A DNA stretch of 64,000 bases from Candidatus Azophilus sp. (GCA_965220835.1 OZ244842.1:3495611-3559610), one strand, 5' to 3'; positions 9,681-20,226 are shown, counted from the first letter of the stretch. The notes: generated from the letters alone by a model not told the origin. Program-made: numbers and translations.

Positions 9681-10499
9681 GTGAACATCGGCTTGCTGCA
9701 CCCCGGTGCCATGGGCGTCACCGTGGGCATGGCGCTGGCCAAGTCAGGACATCAGGTGCATTGGGTGTCTGAAGGGCGCAGCGCGGCCACGGCCAAACGC
9801 GCCGCAAGCGCCGAGTTCGCTGATCTACAGGCCTTGGGGAGCCTCACGAGCACTGTGGACGGCATCATCTGCGTTTGCCCTCCGGAGGTTGCCCTTGAAG
9901 TGGCTTCAGGCGTCGCCCGGAGCGGCTTCTCCGGCCTCTATGTGGACGCCAACGCCGTATCGCCCCAGACCGGTGCCCGCTTAGCGGAATTGCTGGGCGA
10001 ACGCTACGTGGCTGGCGGCATCATAGGCCCGCCGGCCCGCTCGCCCGGCACCACTCGCCTGTTCCTGTCCGGTCCCCATGCAGCCGTTGCCGCGGGTTGG
10101 TTTGGGGCCGGGTTCCTGGAAACGGTGGCTCTCGGCGAGCGTCCCGGCGCGGCCAAGGCGCTGAAGATGTGCTACGCCGCCCACACCAAGGGAGCAAGCG
10201 CCCTGTTGCTGGCCGTACGGGCGTTGGCCGAGGTTGAGGGCGTCACCGACGCGCTGCTGGCCGAATGGTCCCGTTCGCAGCCCGGCTTGGCGGAACGCGC
10301 GGAACGCACCGCGCAGGCGGTGAGCCGCAAGGCTTGGCGATTCGCCGGGGAGATGCTCGAGATCGCCGCCACGTTTGAAGCCGCCAACTTGCCCCGTGGC
10401 TTCCATGGGGCCGCCGCTTCCGTGTACGCGCGCATGGCCGATCTCAAGGACGCCGACCACCCGCAAATGGCCGACGTGATCGAGCGCTTGATCAGGTAG
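9681..10499 (+). CDS. NAD(P)-binding dehydrogenase-like protein (6PGDH NAD-binding / DUF1932 type)
   Basis: ORF 9441..10499, with the start moved to GTG 9681, 3 nt after the upstream stop. N-terminal Rossmann-like VNIGLLHPGAMGVTVGMALAKSGHQV. The family call is from memory of similar annotations. Confidence 0.6.
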   Translation: MNIGLLHPGAMGVTVGMALAKSGHQVHWVSEGRSAATAKRAASAEFADLQALGSLTSTVDGIICVCPPEVALEVASGVARSGFSGLYVDANAVSPQTGARLAELLGERYVAGGIIGPPARSPGTTRLFLSGPHAAVAAGWFGAGFLETVALGERPGAAKALKMCYAAHTKGASALLLAVRALAEVEGVTDALLAEWSRSQPGLAERAERTAQAVSRKAWRFAGEMLEIAATFEAANLPRGFHGAAASVYARMADLKDADHPQMADVIERLIR

Positions 10500-10714
10500 C
10501 CGGCAGCTTGTCCCCGTGCAGCAAGCCACTGGCTTCCATCAAGCGGTGGGGATGGCTTGGAACACGGTTTGTCGCGGGCCAAGTCGCGGGCAAAAAGCAA
10601 CCCGTCGCGCCGCTTCGCGCCCACGCCGCCAAAATGCGGCACCGCGCACTTCAGGGTGCGCATCTTCGCGGCCCTTTCTGAAACATCCGGGCTAGCGGTT
10701 GGCCAAATCATGTG

Positions 10715-10744
10715 TTGACAGCCAAGGCCGCAGTCAATGATATT
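10715..10744 (+). promoter_or_regulatory. candidate sigma70 promoter for the VOC gene
   Basis: TTGACA at 10715-10720. After 17-18 bp come TGATAT/GATATT (10738-10744), about 38 nt before ATG 10782, which has GGAGA 6 nt upstream. Confidence 0.35.
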
Positions 10745-10781
10745 GCCCCCGACCTAGCAAGGCATTGACTGGAGAGCAGGC

Positions 10782-11321
10782 ATGGAATCCAACGAAAAGT
10801 TCGAAATTCGCGGCATCAACCACTTGGCATTGGTGTGCCGAGACATGAAAAAGACCGTGGACTTCTACTCCGGCGTGCTGGGCATGCCGTTGACCAAGAC
10901 CATTGAGCTGCCCAACGGCGCGGGCCAGCATTTCTTCTTTGACATCGGCAAGGGTGATTCCTTGGCCTTCTTCTGGTTTCCGAACGCCGGGGACAGCCAA
11001 CCGGGGGTTACCCATGCGCGGGAATTGGTGGGCCGGGGGGACATCACCTCCGCCCACGCATCCATGAACCATGTGGCCTTTGACGTGCCGGAAGAGAAGA
11101 TTGACGCCTATCAGCGCCAACTCAAGGCGGCGGGCGTGGATGTCACGGAAGTGGTCAACCACGACGATTCCGAGATGGGCGCCAGCCCTGAGATCACCGA
11201 AAGCACCTTCGTGCGCTCGATCTACTTCAAGGATCCGGACGGCATTTTGCTGGAGTTCGCGGCCTGGACCCGGGAGCTTGACGAGCGCGACGTAAACCTC
11301 GCGCCCGTCAGCGTTGACTGA
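10782..11321 (+). CDS. VOC (glyoxalase/bleomycin resistance/dioxygenase) family protein
   Basis: 179 aa. INHLALVCRDMKKTVDFYSGVLGM and MNHVAFDV...YFKDPDGILLEF are typical paired beta-alpha-beta-beta-beta modules. Confidence 0.8.
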   Translation: MESNEKFEIRGINHLALVCRDMKKTVDFYSGVLGMPLTKTIELPNGAGQHFFFDIGKGDSLAFFWFPNAGDSQPGVTHARELVGRGDITSAHASMNHVAFDVPEEKIDAYQRQLKAAGVDVTEVVNHDDSEMGASPEITESTFVRSIYFKDPDGILLEFAAWTRELDERDVNLAPVSVD

Positions 11322-11330
11322 ACCCGGCTT

Positions 11331-12680
11331 TTGCCGGCAGCGGGTGAGCAAGCGCCGGTGGGCGTAGCGAGCGCTGCTGCGCCTGTGCGGTTGGGCTATG
11401 CGTGGTACGTGGTGGGCGTGCTGCTCATCGCCCAGACCTTTTCGTTTCTTGATCGCATGATCATGGGGCTGCTGGTGGGCCCCATTCGCGAGACCTTCCA
11501 GATATCGGACACGCAGTTCAGCCTGCTGGCGGGGCTCGCGTTCTCGCTGTTCTACGCCCTGATGGGATTGCCCTTGGCGCGGATTGCCGACAGCAGGAGC
11601 CGGCGCAACCTCATCGCCGCCGGGATTGCGGTCTGGAGCATCATGACCGCCTTGTGCGGGCTGGCCAAAGGCTATTGGTCGCTGTTTTGGGCGCGGGTTG
11701 GGGTTGGTGTTGGCGAGGCGACCCTCGCACCCGGCGCCTACTCAATGATCACGGACTACTTTCCGAGATCCGTCTTGGCCCGCGCCCTATCCGTTTACAT
11801 GGTGGGCGTGACGTTGGGGTCTGGGTTCGCCTACATGCTTGGCGGCGCGGTGGTCGCCTACGTGGAGGACATGGACCAGTTGGTGCTGCCCGTCGTTGGC
11901 GCGCTGCATGGCTGGCAGCTGACATTCCTGATCGTCGGGCTGCCCGGTGTGCTGGTCGCCTTCCTCATGCTGGCAACCGTTCGCGAACCGGCCAGACGCG
12001 GCTTGGATGCTGGCGATGCGGCCTCCATTCCCTTGGCCGACGTGGTGCGCTACCTGTGGGACCGCCGCGCGGCCTACGGCGGCCACATTGTCGGCGTGTC
12101 CATCTTTATCATGGTGGTCTATGCCCTGAACTTGTGGGGCCCCAGCTATCTCATTCGCACGTTCGGCTACAGCCGGCCGGAGGCGGGCTGGGTGTTTGGC
12201 GTGGTCATGATCGTGGCCGGCACCGCCGGGCTGCTGCTGGCGGGTACCTTGGCGGATGCCTGGATGCAGCGTGGCACCCGCGATGCCTACGTGCGCACAA
12301 TTTTGCTCAGCATCGTCTGCATCATCCCCTGCGCGCTGTCCTTGGGCTTCGTCACCAACGATGTGCTGGGCGTCGTGATGATCGGGCTGGCCGTGTTCTT
12401 CTCGGCCTTTCAAGGCGGCCTTTCCGGGGGCACGTTGCAGCTGATGACGCCCAACCGCATGCGCGGCCAAGTCACTGCCGTTTATCAGCTGGTGGCCAAT
12501 CTGATCGGCTTGGGCTTAGGTCCCACGGTGGTCGCGGCGACCACGGACTATGTGTTTGGCTACGATGCGGCCATCGGCAAATCCATCGCGCTGTCGGCCG
12601 CCCTATTGTGCCCCTTGGGCGGCTTCATCTTGTGGCGGGCGCTGCCGAAGATTCGCGACGAGTTGGAGCGGCAAGCCTAG
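11331..12680 (+). CDS. MFS transporter
   Basis: 449 aa with about 12 hydrophobic segments. MFS loop motif in GLPLARIADSRSRRN. TTG start at 11331, with in-frame GTG alternatives at 11358 and 11385. Confidence 0.85.
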   Translation: MPAAGEQAPVGVASAAAPVRLGYAWYVVGVLLIAQTFSFLDRMIMGLLVGPIRETFQISDTQFSLLAGLAFSLFYALMGLPLARIADSRSRRNLIAAGIAVWSIMTALCGLAKGYWSLFWARVGVGVGEATLAPGAYSMITDYFPRSVLARALSVYMVGVTLGSGFAYMLGGAVVAYVEDMDQLVLPVVGALHGWQLTFLIVGLPGVLVAFLMLATVREPARRGLDAGDAASIPLADVVRYLWDRRAAYGGHIVGVSIFIMVVYALNLWGPSYLIRTFGYSRPEAGWVFGVVMIVAGTAGLLLAGTLADAWMQRGTRDAYVRTILLSIVCIIPCALSLGFVTNDVLGVVMIGLAVFFSAFQGGLSGGTLQLMTPNRMRGQVTAVYQLVANLIGLGLGPTVVAATTDYVFGYDAAIGKSIALSAALLCPLGGFILWRALPKIRDELERQA

Positions 12681-12723
12681 CTGCCGACCCAGCTCGTTGG
12701 CAGCAGGGACAATGTCATGGCCG

Positions 12724-14559
12724 TTAGGGCAAGCGCCAGATGGGTGAGGACCAAGCGCGTTGCTGAACCATCACATCTTGATCCGGAAACTGCGCGCACA
12801 ACCCGCTGCCTTGGCATAGATGCTTGGTCCAGCGCGGCGTTGGCTGCTCCAGCACTCGGGCGTACCAGAAGGCGGGTGTGGCGGGGTCGTGGTCCGGGTC
12901 GCGCCAGGCGACGCACAAGGTGTCTCGGCCCTCGGCGAATTCCGCCAGCACCATCGTCCGTTCCTGGTAGCTGCCATTCACCAAGCTGCCTTTGATGAGG
13001 TCGACGCGGGCCAACCGTTGCCGGTCCCGGGCCGCTTGCACGATGAATGTGGGCGGCTCGGCGGTGTCCAACAGCTCGCCCATGAAGGGCGTGAATTGGG
13101 GTGCGGCCTGCTCGCAGGCGTCCGCGGGGCTGACCCCGAAGCGCAGCCTGATGCGCGGCCCGCTGGTGGCGTAGGCCGAGCGTGCCTTGAGCGCATCGAA
13201 GATCGAAGCCCGGGTGTTTTCCTCGGCCCAGACGGCAACCAGCCCGCCCGGGTTGTAGCCGGGCGCGCCCAAACGCTGCTCGTCCGTCAGCCACAGGGAT
13301 GAAATGCCGCCGAAGAAGTCCTCGCTGCTCACTTTGCCGGCGGTGCCGAAGTGCGTGTCCGTGGAGCCGATGGCGCCGAGCATCAGCGGGTTGCGCTGGC
13401 CGCCGCTGGACTCGTAGGCGACCAACCCCCGCCCCAGCAGCGTGCGGTAGTAGCTTGAGCGCGCATTCGCCCAGATCTGCGCTTCGGTTAGGTTCTCCTG
13501 GCCGGTCAAGCGCTCCTTGGCGGCATTGGTGATGAGGCGCTCGAAGGCGCAGTCAGGGCTGGTGTCGTTGCCGTCTGCGGGCAAGCATTCGCTGTTGCCC
13601 TTTTCTTGGTGGATCTCAGCGAGGCGCTCGTATCGCGCCCGGGCGGCCAGCTCCGCTTCGGGGGCGCGCTCCACTTCGAAGGTGCCGCCGTCCGCCCAGT
13701 TGATGTTGTGTGGAATGGTCAGCACGTCACAGCCGTTCTCGGCCGTGCAAGCCGCTGCCAACGCTTGCCAGAGCGCGCCCACTTGCGGGTAGCGGATGTA
13801 GTCGAACACTTGGTTCGGGACTTGCTCGCTGCGATAGATCACGTTGCGGTGCCAGTGGCGGCCGCCCGGGGAGGGGGTCCATTCATAGCCAATCAGCGCC
13901 GTGAACGCGCAGGGTTCGTTGGCCTCATTGGCGGCGTGCTGCATGCGGCGCCATTGGCTGGCGCTGGCAGCGCCGCAGTCGATGCCGTTGGCTTGCCCCC
14001 GTGCGCCAAGCTGCTGATGCCGAAGGAACGGGCTGTCCGCTGCGGTGCCGGGTTCACTGGTGTCAAAGAGGCCGTCCTTGGCGCATATCTCCGCTGGCTG
14101 CGGAGGTGAGTCGCTGACCAAGGGCAAGAGGTAGGTGTTGAAGATGTGCCGGGCCAGCTTCCCTTTGCTGTCCCGGCCGTCGCGAATCGCCTCGCAGTAG
14201 GCGTTGTCGGCATACAGCGGGTCGGTGCACGCGTACATGACGTCGAAGGTCTCGGCGTGATCGGTCACTGCGGCGAAGTCCAGCGGCCGGTCGAGGGATG
14301 TGGTTGTGCCGTCGGCCATGCGCAGCGGCTGGCCCTTGGCAAAGGCGTATGCCTCCTTGGGCGTTGCGATGGCGCCGAATGCGTAGGCGTCCAGCGAGAA
14401 GGCCGTGTGCACGTGCAGGTCGCCCCAATACAACGCCTTCACGCCGGGCATGGCGTTGTCGCAGGTAACCCCATGGGCGCTGAAGGCGACGCCGCAGAGG
14501 CAAAGGGTCAGCGTTAGGACCATTGCCGGTTCAGCGCATCGGCGGGCTCGGTTAAGCAC
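12724..14559 (-). CDS. DUF3604 domain protein (PHP-like metal-dependent hydrolase fold), secreted
   Basis: 611 aa. Signal peptide MVLTLTLCLCGVAFSAHG, then the hallmark LYWGDLHVHTAFSLDAYAFG. Confidence 0.8.
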   Translation of the reverse strand: MLNRARRCAEPAMVLTLTLCLCGVAFSAHGVTCDNAMPGVKALYWGDLHVHTAFSLDAYAFGAIATPKEAYAFAKGQPLRMADGTTTSLDRPLDFAAVTDHAETFDVMYACTDPLYADNAYCEAIRDGRDSKGKLARHIFNTYLLPLVSDSPPQPAEICAKDGLFDTSEPGTAADSPFLRHQQLGARGQANGIDCGAASASQWRRMQHAANEANEPCAFTALIGYEWTPSPGGRHWHRNVIYRSEQVPNQVFDYIRYPQVGALWQALAAACTAENGCDVLTIPHNINWADGGTFEVERAPEAELAARARYERLAEIHQEKGNSECLPADGNDTSPDCAFERLITNAAKERLTGQENLTEAQIWANARSSYYRTLLGRGLVAYESSGGQRNPLMLGAIGSTDTHFGTAGKVSSEDFFGGISSLWLTDEQRLGAPGYNPGGLVAVWAEENTRASIFDALKARSAYATSGPRIRLRFGVSPADACEQAAPQFTPFMGELLDTAEPPTFIVQAARDRQRLARVDLIKGSLVNGSYQERTMVLAEFAEGRDTLCVAWRDPDHDPATPAFWYARVLEQPTPRWTKHLCQGSGLCAQFPDQDVMVQQRAWSSPIWRLP

Positions 14560-15670
14560 TGTGGGCCTTTAGCCAGCCGGTGATTAGATCCGCCACTTGG
14601 TCGCGCGCGGTTTCGGGGGTCTGCAGGTAGTGGTCGCCGGTTATCATCTCAAGCTTCTTGTCGGCGGACCCCAAGGCGTCGAAGATGGCCTTGGCATCGC
14701 TTGGAAAGACCCCGGTGTCGCCCAGGCTTTGAATCACCAGCGCCGGCTGCGTGATGCGATTGAGATGGGGCGCCCCGCGACAGTGGGAGTCCCTAAGGCT
14801 CCACATGGACAGCCAAGTGCGCAGGGTGTTGGTCAGCCCGATGCCCCGCGGGCCGAAGTTTGCCGCTTTGGGATCCCCGGCATAGCACACGCCCACCTGG
14901 CGTTCGGACGGGTCCAAGGTGCCGTCCATGAGCCGAAGGTCCGCCCAGGTGCGGTACAGGTTGAAAGCGCGGTCGAACCAGCCCGACGCCTGCAGCCGCT
15001 CAAGCTCGGCATGGCACCACTCGGTGATCCGATGGTTGCGCGCTTGCTGGGCAGCGCGGTATCGGTTCACGAAGTCGGGCGAGTACGGCGGTCCATTGGC
15101 GGGATCGTACATGTTCAGGCTGGCATCGACGCTGATCGGATCCGTCTCGTCCGTAATCGACGGATCGAACCAGTCGGTCAGCACTTCCGGTCGGCCGAGG
15201 TGTGCGCAAAGTGAGACGTACAGCGCCGCTCCCGGCAGGTCATGCACGGCGTCCGGCAACCTGAGTCCGGGAGTGGGTGTCATGGTGACCCCTTGGGCTT
15301 GGGAGAGGTAGGCGCCCATGAGCGAGCCGCCGCCGGAGTTGCCCAGAATCACCACCTGTTCAACACCGGCGCTTTCCCTCAGCCAACGCACTCCGGCGCC
15401 GATGTCGATGAGGGCGTGCTCAAGCAGGAAAAACCCTTCGTTGCCGCGAAAACGCGTGTTCCAGCCCAGAAACCCGTAACCGCGAACGGCCATCAGCTCG
15501 CCGAGGTAGTGCTCGCTGAAGTCCACGTTGTAGTGGGTGGCAATGAGCGCCGTCTTGGGCGGCTGGCCGGTGGGACGGTAGTACAGGCCTTGGCAAGGCA
15601 TGAATCCCGCCCCGTTGCGAATGCTGGTCGCAGATTCCAGCGATACGAATTCGCGCTGCCACTGTGCCAT
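14552..15670 (-). CDS. alpha/beta hydrolase
   Basis: 372 aa. Nucleophile elbow VVILGNSGGGSLMG. It overlaps the DUF3604 start by 8 nt, so the two are probably an operon. Confidence 0.75.
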   Translation of the reverse strand: MAQWQREFVSLESATSIRNGAGFMPCQGLYYRPTGQPPKTALIATHYNVDFSEHYLGELMAVRGYGFLGWNTRFRGNEGFFLLEHALIDIGAGVRWLRESAGVEQVVILGNSGGGSLMGAYLSQAQGVTMTPTPGLRLPDAVHDLPGAALYVSLCAHLGRPEVLTDWFDPSITDETDPISVDASLNMYDPANGPPYSPDFVNRYRAAQQARNHRITEWCHAELERLQASGWFDRAFNLYRTWADLRLMDGTLDPSERQVGVCYAGDPKAANFGPRGIGLTNTLRTWLSMWSLRDSHCRGAPHLNRITQPALVIQSLGDTGVFPSDAKAIFDALGSADKKLEMITGDHYLQTPETARDQVADLITGWLKAHSA

Positions 15671-15877
15671 AACCTACCGCGCAGTATCGTCCCGGCGAAC
15701 CGCGACGATACTGGGAAAGCGCTTGGAGTTCAAAAGAGTGCGGGAGCACGCTTGGCCCGTAGGCGCCAAGAGTGGGTTGGCGTTTCAATGGCGCGCGACT
15801 CCGCCGCCGTTTGATCCGGGCCTCTTTCTGTGTAAGATGATTTGACGCCAACTTCGTCAACATTGGGAGAGTGAGAC

Positions 15878-18331
15878 GTGAGAATTGAGCTAGCATCGGA
15901 CCTGCGAGTCGCTAACGTGAGTGTCGCCAAGGTTGTGGGAACAACCGAAAAGCGGCCGGATTGTCCTCATCGGAAGCACCGGAGTGCATCCCGCTTGTTT
16001 CGGGGCCATTCCGTGGTGGTCGCCTTGGCGGCGGCGGCCCTGTCGTTGCCCTTCTCGGGCGAAGTTCGCGCCGCGGATGACCAGCCTGCGGCCCGCACGC
16101 TTGAGGAAATCGTCGTCACCGCGCGGCGCCGGGAGGAGCGCCTTCAGGAAGTGCCCACTTCGGTGGCCGTGATTTCCAGTGAGGAGATTCAGGCCCGCGG
16201 CGAAGCCAACTTCGACGTCATTGGCCAGATCGTGCCCAACGTGCACTTTGAAAGCGCTGGAGGCACCAGCGGCGTGGAGTCGCCGGTGGTCTTTGTCCGT
16301 GGCATGGGCCAAGCGGACTTCATCATTGTTGAGGATCCCGCCGTTGGGCTCTATCTCGATGGCGTGTTCATGGGCCGCATGGTGGGCCAGGCCTCGGACT
16401 TGGTGGATGTGGAGCGCATCGAAGTGCTGCGCGGCCCTCAAGGCACCTTGTTCGGGCGCAATACCATCGGCGGCGCCATCAACATCGTGTCCAAAAAGCC
16501 CGACGACGTGTTTGGGGCGTCGATCAAGCTGGCCGTTGGAGAGGATGGCCTTATGGAAGCTCGGGGCACGCTCAACGTCCCGTTAGGTGACGATTGGGGC
16601 GCCCGCTTGAGCGCCTTCGGCCGCGAAATGGACGGCTACGTCGATGCGCTTCAGTACGATGGCTATGAGCTGGGCAGCGAGGATGTTTGGGGAACGCGGC
16701 TGATGATCAGCGGCATGGCGGGCGAGCAGCTTTCCGTTGACTTCAGCTTTGACTACGCCAAGGACGAAAGCACGCCGGGCGCCATCGTCCCCTTGAACGG
16801 CATCGGCGTTTGGGACGGGCAGCAAAAGGAGGGCCCGGGGCAACCCGGCGCGTTTGGCAACTTCTGGAACGTCTTCTACAGTGGCGACCCGGCAAGCTGC
16901 ACCTCCCCGGCCGGGCAGGCCAGCAATCCGGCCTGCTACGGGTCGGTGTGGAACGCCGGGCAGTACGAGTCCAACAGCGTCTTCACTGATCTGGAAGGCA
17001 ATCCGATCGAGGCCGATCAGGACATCGAGGTGTGGGGCGCGAATCTGACGCTGGGGATGGACTTTGAGGCGGTTTCCGTCAAGTCCATCACGTCCTACCG
17101 CGAGTTCGACATCTTTCTGTTCAACGACCTCGACTTCTCACCGCACATCGTGTTCGCGAACACGCACCCGGAGTACAGTCAGGAGCAGTTCTCCCAAGAG
17201 CTGCAGCTGACGGGGGCCGGCATGGATGGCCGGTTGAACTACGTGGTTGGCGCCTACTACTTCGAAGAGGAAGGGGTGGAGGACATCTTCAATCAGATCG
17301 CCCACGTTCCGGCCATCAGCGGCGGGCCGCCGGCCAACTTCTTCCAAAACTTGGCGCGCAACATCGACAACGAAAGCTGGGCGCTGTACGGCCAATTGAC
17401 CTTCGACATCACCGACATACTGCACCTGACCGTGGGCACCCGGTACACGGAGTCGGAAAAGGACTTCGAGATGATCACGGAGCGGGTCACGGCAACGACG
17501 GTGCAGCCGGGCTTATTGAAGACCAAGGAGCACACGCCCATGGCGAGCTTGTCCTACGACCTGAACGAGCGGTCCATGGCGTACTTCACCTATTCGGAAG
17601 GCTACCGGGACGGCGGATTCCCGGCGCGATTCACGGGCGTGGTGCCCATTCCGCTGCCCAACTACGAGCCGGAATTCGTTGAGAACTACGAGCTGGGCTA
17701 CAAGACCACGCTGTTTGGCGGGCGTTTGCGCGCCAATGTGGCGGCGTTTCTGATGGACTACTCCGACATGCAGATCTCCGCCACCTCACTGCTGCCGGGG
17801 GTGGGTGACAACACCACCAAGTTCAACTTGGGGGATGCCAACTACAAGGGCTTTGAGATTGAGCTGACGGCTCTGGTCACCGAAAACTTCATGCTGGGCA
17901 TCAACGTCGGCCATCTGGACGACGAGATCGACTCTCTGGTTGGGGGCGGGTTGGTGTCATCCGGGGTTGTGGTCACCGAGGATCACGACCTGCCGTTTTC
18001 GCCTGCCTGGACCTTGGCGATCACTGCGGCCTACGATTTCGATCTGCCCAACGGTGCGGTGCTCACGCTGCGGGGCGACTACTCGACCAAGGACGACTAC
18101 TACACCCGCACCGAGAACACCGTTGAATCGTTCACCGATGACTACGAGCTCATGAACGCGAGCTTCGTGTATCGCAGCCGGGACGAAAAGTGGAGCTTGG
18201 GCGTGCGAGCCCGCAACCTGACCGATGAGTTCTTCTTTGAGTCGCGCACAACGTTCTCGGCTTTCCAGATGGGCTTTGGCAAGCCGGTCCGGCCGCGTAC
18301 GGTTAGCGCCTTCTTCACCTACGACCTATAG
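15878..18331 (+). CDS. TonB-dependent receptor
   Basis: 817 aa. Plug region LEEIVVTARRREERLQEVPTSVAVIS, RIEVLRGPQGTLFGRNTIGGAINIV, and a C-terminal beta-barrel ending SAFFTYDL. GTG start; the true start is uncertain. Confidence 0.9.
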   Translation: MRIELASDLRVANVSVAKVVGTTEKRPDCPHRKHRSASRLFRGHSVVVALAAAALSLPFSGEVRAADDQPAARTLEEIVVTARRREERLQEVPTSVAVISSEEIQARGEANFDVIGQIVPNVHFESAGGTSGVESPVVFVRGMGQADFIIVEDPAVGLYLDGVFMGRMVGQASDLVDVERIEVLRGPQGTLFGRNTIGGAINIVSKKPDDVFGASIKLAVGEDGLMEARGTLNVPLGDDWGARLSAFGREMDGYVDALQYDGYELGSEDVWGTRLMISGMAGEQLSVDFSFDYAKDESTPGAIVPLNGIGVWDGQQKEGPGQPGAFGNFWNVFYSGDPASCTSPAGQASNPACYGSVWNAGQYESNSVFTDLEGNPIEADQDIEVWGANLTLGMDFEAVSVKSITSYREFDIFLFNDLDFSPHIVFANTHPEYSQEQFSQELQLTGAGMDGRLNYVVGAYYFEEEGVEDIFNQIAHVPAISGGPPANFFQNLARNIDNESWALYGQLTFDITDILHLTVGTRYTESEKDFEMITERVTATTVQPGLLKTKEHTPMASLSYDLNERSMAYFTYSEGYRDGGFPARFTGVVPIPLPNYEPEFVENYELGYKTTLFGGRLRANVAAFLMDYSDMQISATSLLPGVGDNTTKFNLGDANYKGFEIELTALVTENFMLGINVGHLDDEIDSLVGGGLVSSGVVVTEDHDLPFSPAWTLAITAAYDFDLPNGAVLTLRGDYSTKDDYYTRTENTVESFTDDYELMNASFVYRSRDEKWSLGVRARNLTDEFFFESRTTFSAFQMGFGKPVRPRTVSAFFTYDL

Positions 18332-18356
18332 CGTCTGGGGTTTGCAGCCTTGCCGG

Positions 18357-18890
18357 GTGTCCGCGATCAGTAAAGACAACCAACCAGCGCAGCTCGCATT
18401 CCCTCACCGAATCGACCGGCACCTGCTGGCGGGTTTGGTGCGCGCCGTTGATTGGTTCGACAACGGTTTGCAGAACGCCTTGGCATCGCGCGGCTTCAAG
18501 ACCCTGCATCGCACCCAGTCGATGATCATGGTTCACGTGGCCAGTGGCATCGAGTCGCCCGCGGACATCGCAAGGGAGATGGGATTAACCCGTCAGAACG
18601 TGCACCACATGGCCAAGAGCCTCATTGCCGATGGGCTCATCGAGCAAGCGGTGGATCCCAAGGATCCGCGCCGCTCCTTGTATCGGCTCTCGGACGCTGC
18701 ACTGGACATTCGGGGCACCGCATTGGCAACCCTCGGGCAATTGGAAGCGGCCTTGGCGGAACGCATTGGCAATGCCGAGGTGCGGCAACTCAAGCGCTTG
18801 GTGGGGCTCGATTGGGGCCCTGAGTTCACGGATCACGGCGAGCTGGAGGCGGCAGCGAGTGTCAGGTCCCGTTCCGCCGGGGGAGGCTAG
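18357..18890 (+). CDS. MarR family transcriptional regulator
   Basis: ORF 18225..18890 overlaps the receptor gene, so the start was moved to in-frame GTG 18357. Winged-HTH region SPADIAREMGLTRQNVHHMAKSLIADGLIEQAVDPKDPRRSLYRLS. Confidence 0.75.
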   Translation: MSAISKDNQPAQLAFPHRIDRHLLAGLVRAVDWFDNGLQNALASRGFKTLHRTQSMIMVHVASGIESPADIAREMGLTRQNVHHMAKSLIADGLIEQAVDPKDPRRSLYRLSDAALDIRGTALATLGQLEAALAERIGNAEVRQLKRLVGLDWGPEFTDHGELEAAASVRSRSAGGG

Positions 18891-18893
18891 GGC

Positions 18894-20057
18894 ATGCGGG
18901 AACAGGAACTGATCGAGCGCATACGCGCACTGGTGCCCATGGTGGCCGCCCACGCCGCCCAGGCGGAGCGTGAGCGCAAGCCGGTGGATGCGGTGATGCA
19001 GGCCATTGAAGACACCGGCGCTTACAAGTTCTTTGTGCCGAAGCGCTACGGCGGCTTTGAGTTCAGCCTTGAGTCCTTCATGGAAATCGGCATGCTGCTC
19101 GGCGAAGGGTGCCTGTCCACCGGATGGGTGGTGACCTTCTGCATGGAGCACAACTGGCTGCTGGGCCTGTTCAACGAGCAGGCCCAGGACGAGATCTTTG
19201 GCCAGCAGCCCTACATCATCGCCCCCGGGGCGCTGGCGCCAAAGGGAACGGCCACACCGGTGGACGGCGGCTATCAAATCAGCGGCCGCTGGGAGTGGGG
19301 CACCGGCGTCATGCACGCGGATTGGGTCATGGTCGGTGCGCTGACCGCCAACGGCGACCCGGAAAAGCCGGAGTTGTGCATGTATCTCATTCCGCGCGAC
19401 CAAGTGAACGTCATTGACACTTGGCATGTGGCTGGGATGGTGGGCACTGGCAGCAACGACATCGAGGTCACCGACGTGGTGGTGCCGGGCCACTTAAGGC
19501 AGAACATCGCCGACATGCGCGATGGGGGCAGCCCAGGGGCTGCGTTGCACGGTTCGGCCACCTACCGCATGCCCATGATGCCCGTTCTGGGGCTCACCGC
19601 GGCCGCGCCCGCCGTAGGGGCCGCGCGCAAGGCTGTGGCCCTGTTTCGCGAACGGCTCTCGAGCCGCGACGTGTATGGAACCCAGGATAAGCAGAGCCAG
19701 CGGGCCACGGCCCAAGCCCGCTTGGCCAACGCCCAGGTTGCGGTTGAAAACGCCGAAACGCTGCTTGTGCACATCGCTCGGCAGGTTATGGAGTGGGGCG
19801 AGAGCGGGCGGCGTTGCGAAGTCGAGCAGCGCGCGCACTTGCGGCTGCAAATCGCCACGGTGGTGCGCCACGCGCGGGACGTGGTGCGGGACGTGGTGGA
19901 GGCCAGCGGCGCCCATGCGCACTTTCTGGACAGCCCCTTGCAGCGCAGCCTGCGGGACCTGCACACGCTGTCCTGCCACACCGTGTTCGACATGGACGTT
20001 GGCGCGGAGCTCTACGGCCGATTGCTGCTGGGGTTTGCTCCGAACGCGCCCGTGTAG
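18894..20057 (+). CDS. acyl-CoA dehydrogenase-fold flavin-dependent monooxygenase (HsaA/HpaB-C2-like)
   Basis: 387 aa. N-terminus ELIERIRALVPMVAAHAAQAERERKPVDAVMQAIEDTGAYKFFVPKRYGGFE is typical of the type-2 ACAD-like oxygenases. Confidence 0.7.
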   Translation: MREQELIERIRALVPMVAAHAAQAERERKPVDAVMQAIEDTGAYKFFVPKRYGGFEFSLESFMEIGMLLGEGCLSTGWVVTFCMEHNWLLGLFNEQAQDEIFGQQPYIIAPGALAPKGTATPVDGGYQISGRWEWGTGVMHADWVMVGALTANGDPEKPELCMYLIPRDQVNVIDTWHVAGMVGTGSNDIEVTDVVVPGHLRQNIADMRDGGSPGAALHGSATYRMPMMPVLGLTAAAPAVGAARKAVALFRERLSSRDVYGTQDKQSQRATAQARLANAQVAVENAETLLVHIARQVMEWGESGRRCEVEQRAHLRLQIATVVRHARDVVRDVVEASGAHAHFLDSPLQRSLRDLHTLSCHTVFDMDVGAELYGRLLLGFAPNAPV

Positions 20058-20226
20058 GCGAACCAAACGCTCTATGCGCGGCTCATGCGGCTTGGCCTTG
20101 GCCGCCCTTTGCCGTTGCCACGTTGGCCGTTGGGGGCGCTTTTGCGGCAAAGTGCGGCTCGCCGACCGGCGGCGGTTTTCGTCAACGGCCCGCTCTGCTG
20201 TGTTGGCAAGTCAGGGGCTAATGCGC

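Noticed and set aside
10172-10711. 179-aa minus-strand ORF extending into the 10500-10781 gap
   Set aside because: Most of it is antisense to the dehydrogenase-like gene. The 70 residues in the gap have no recognisable features or ribosome-binding site.
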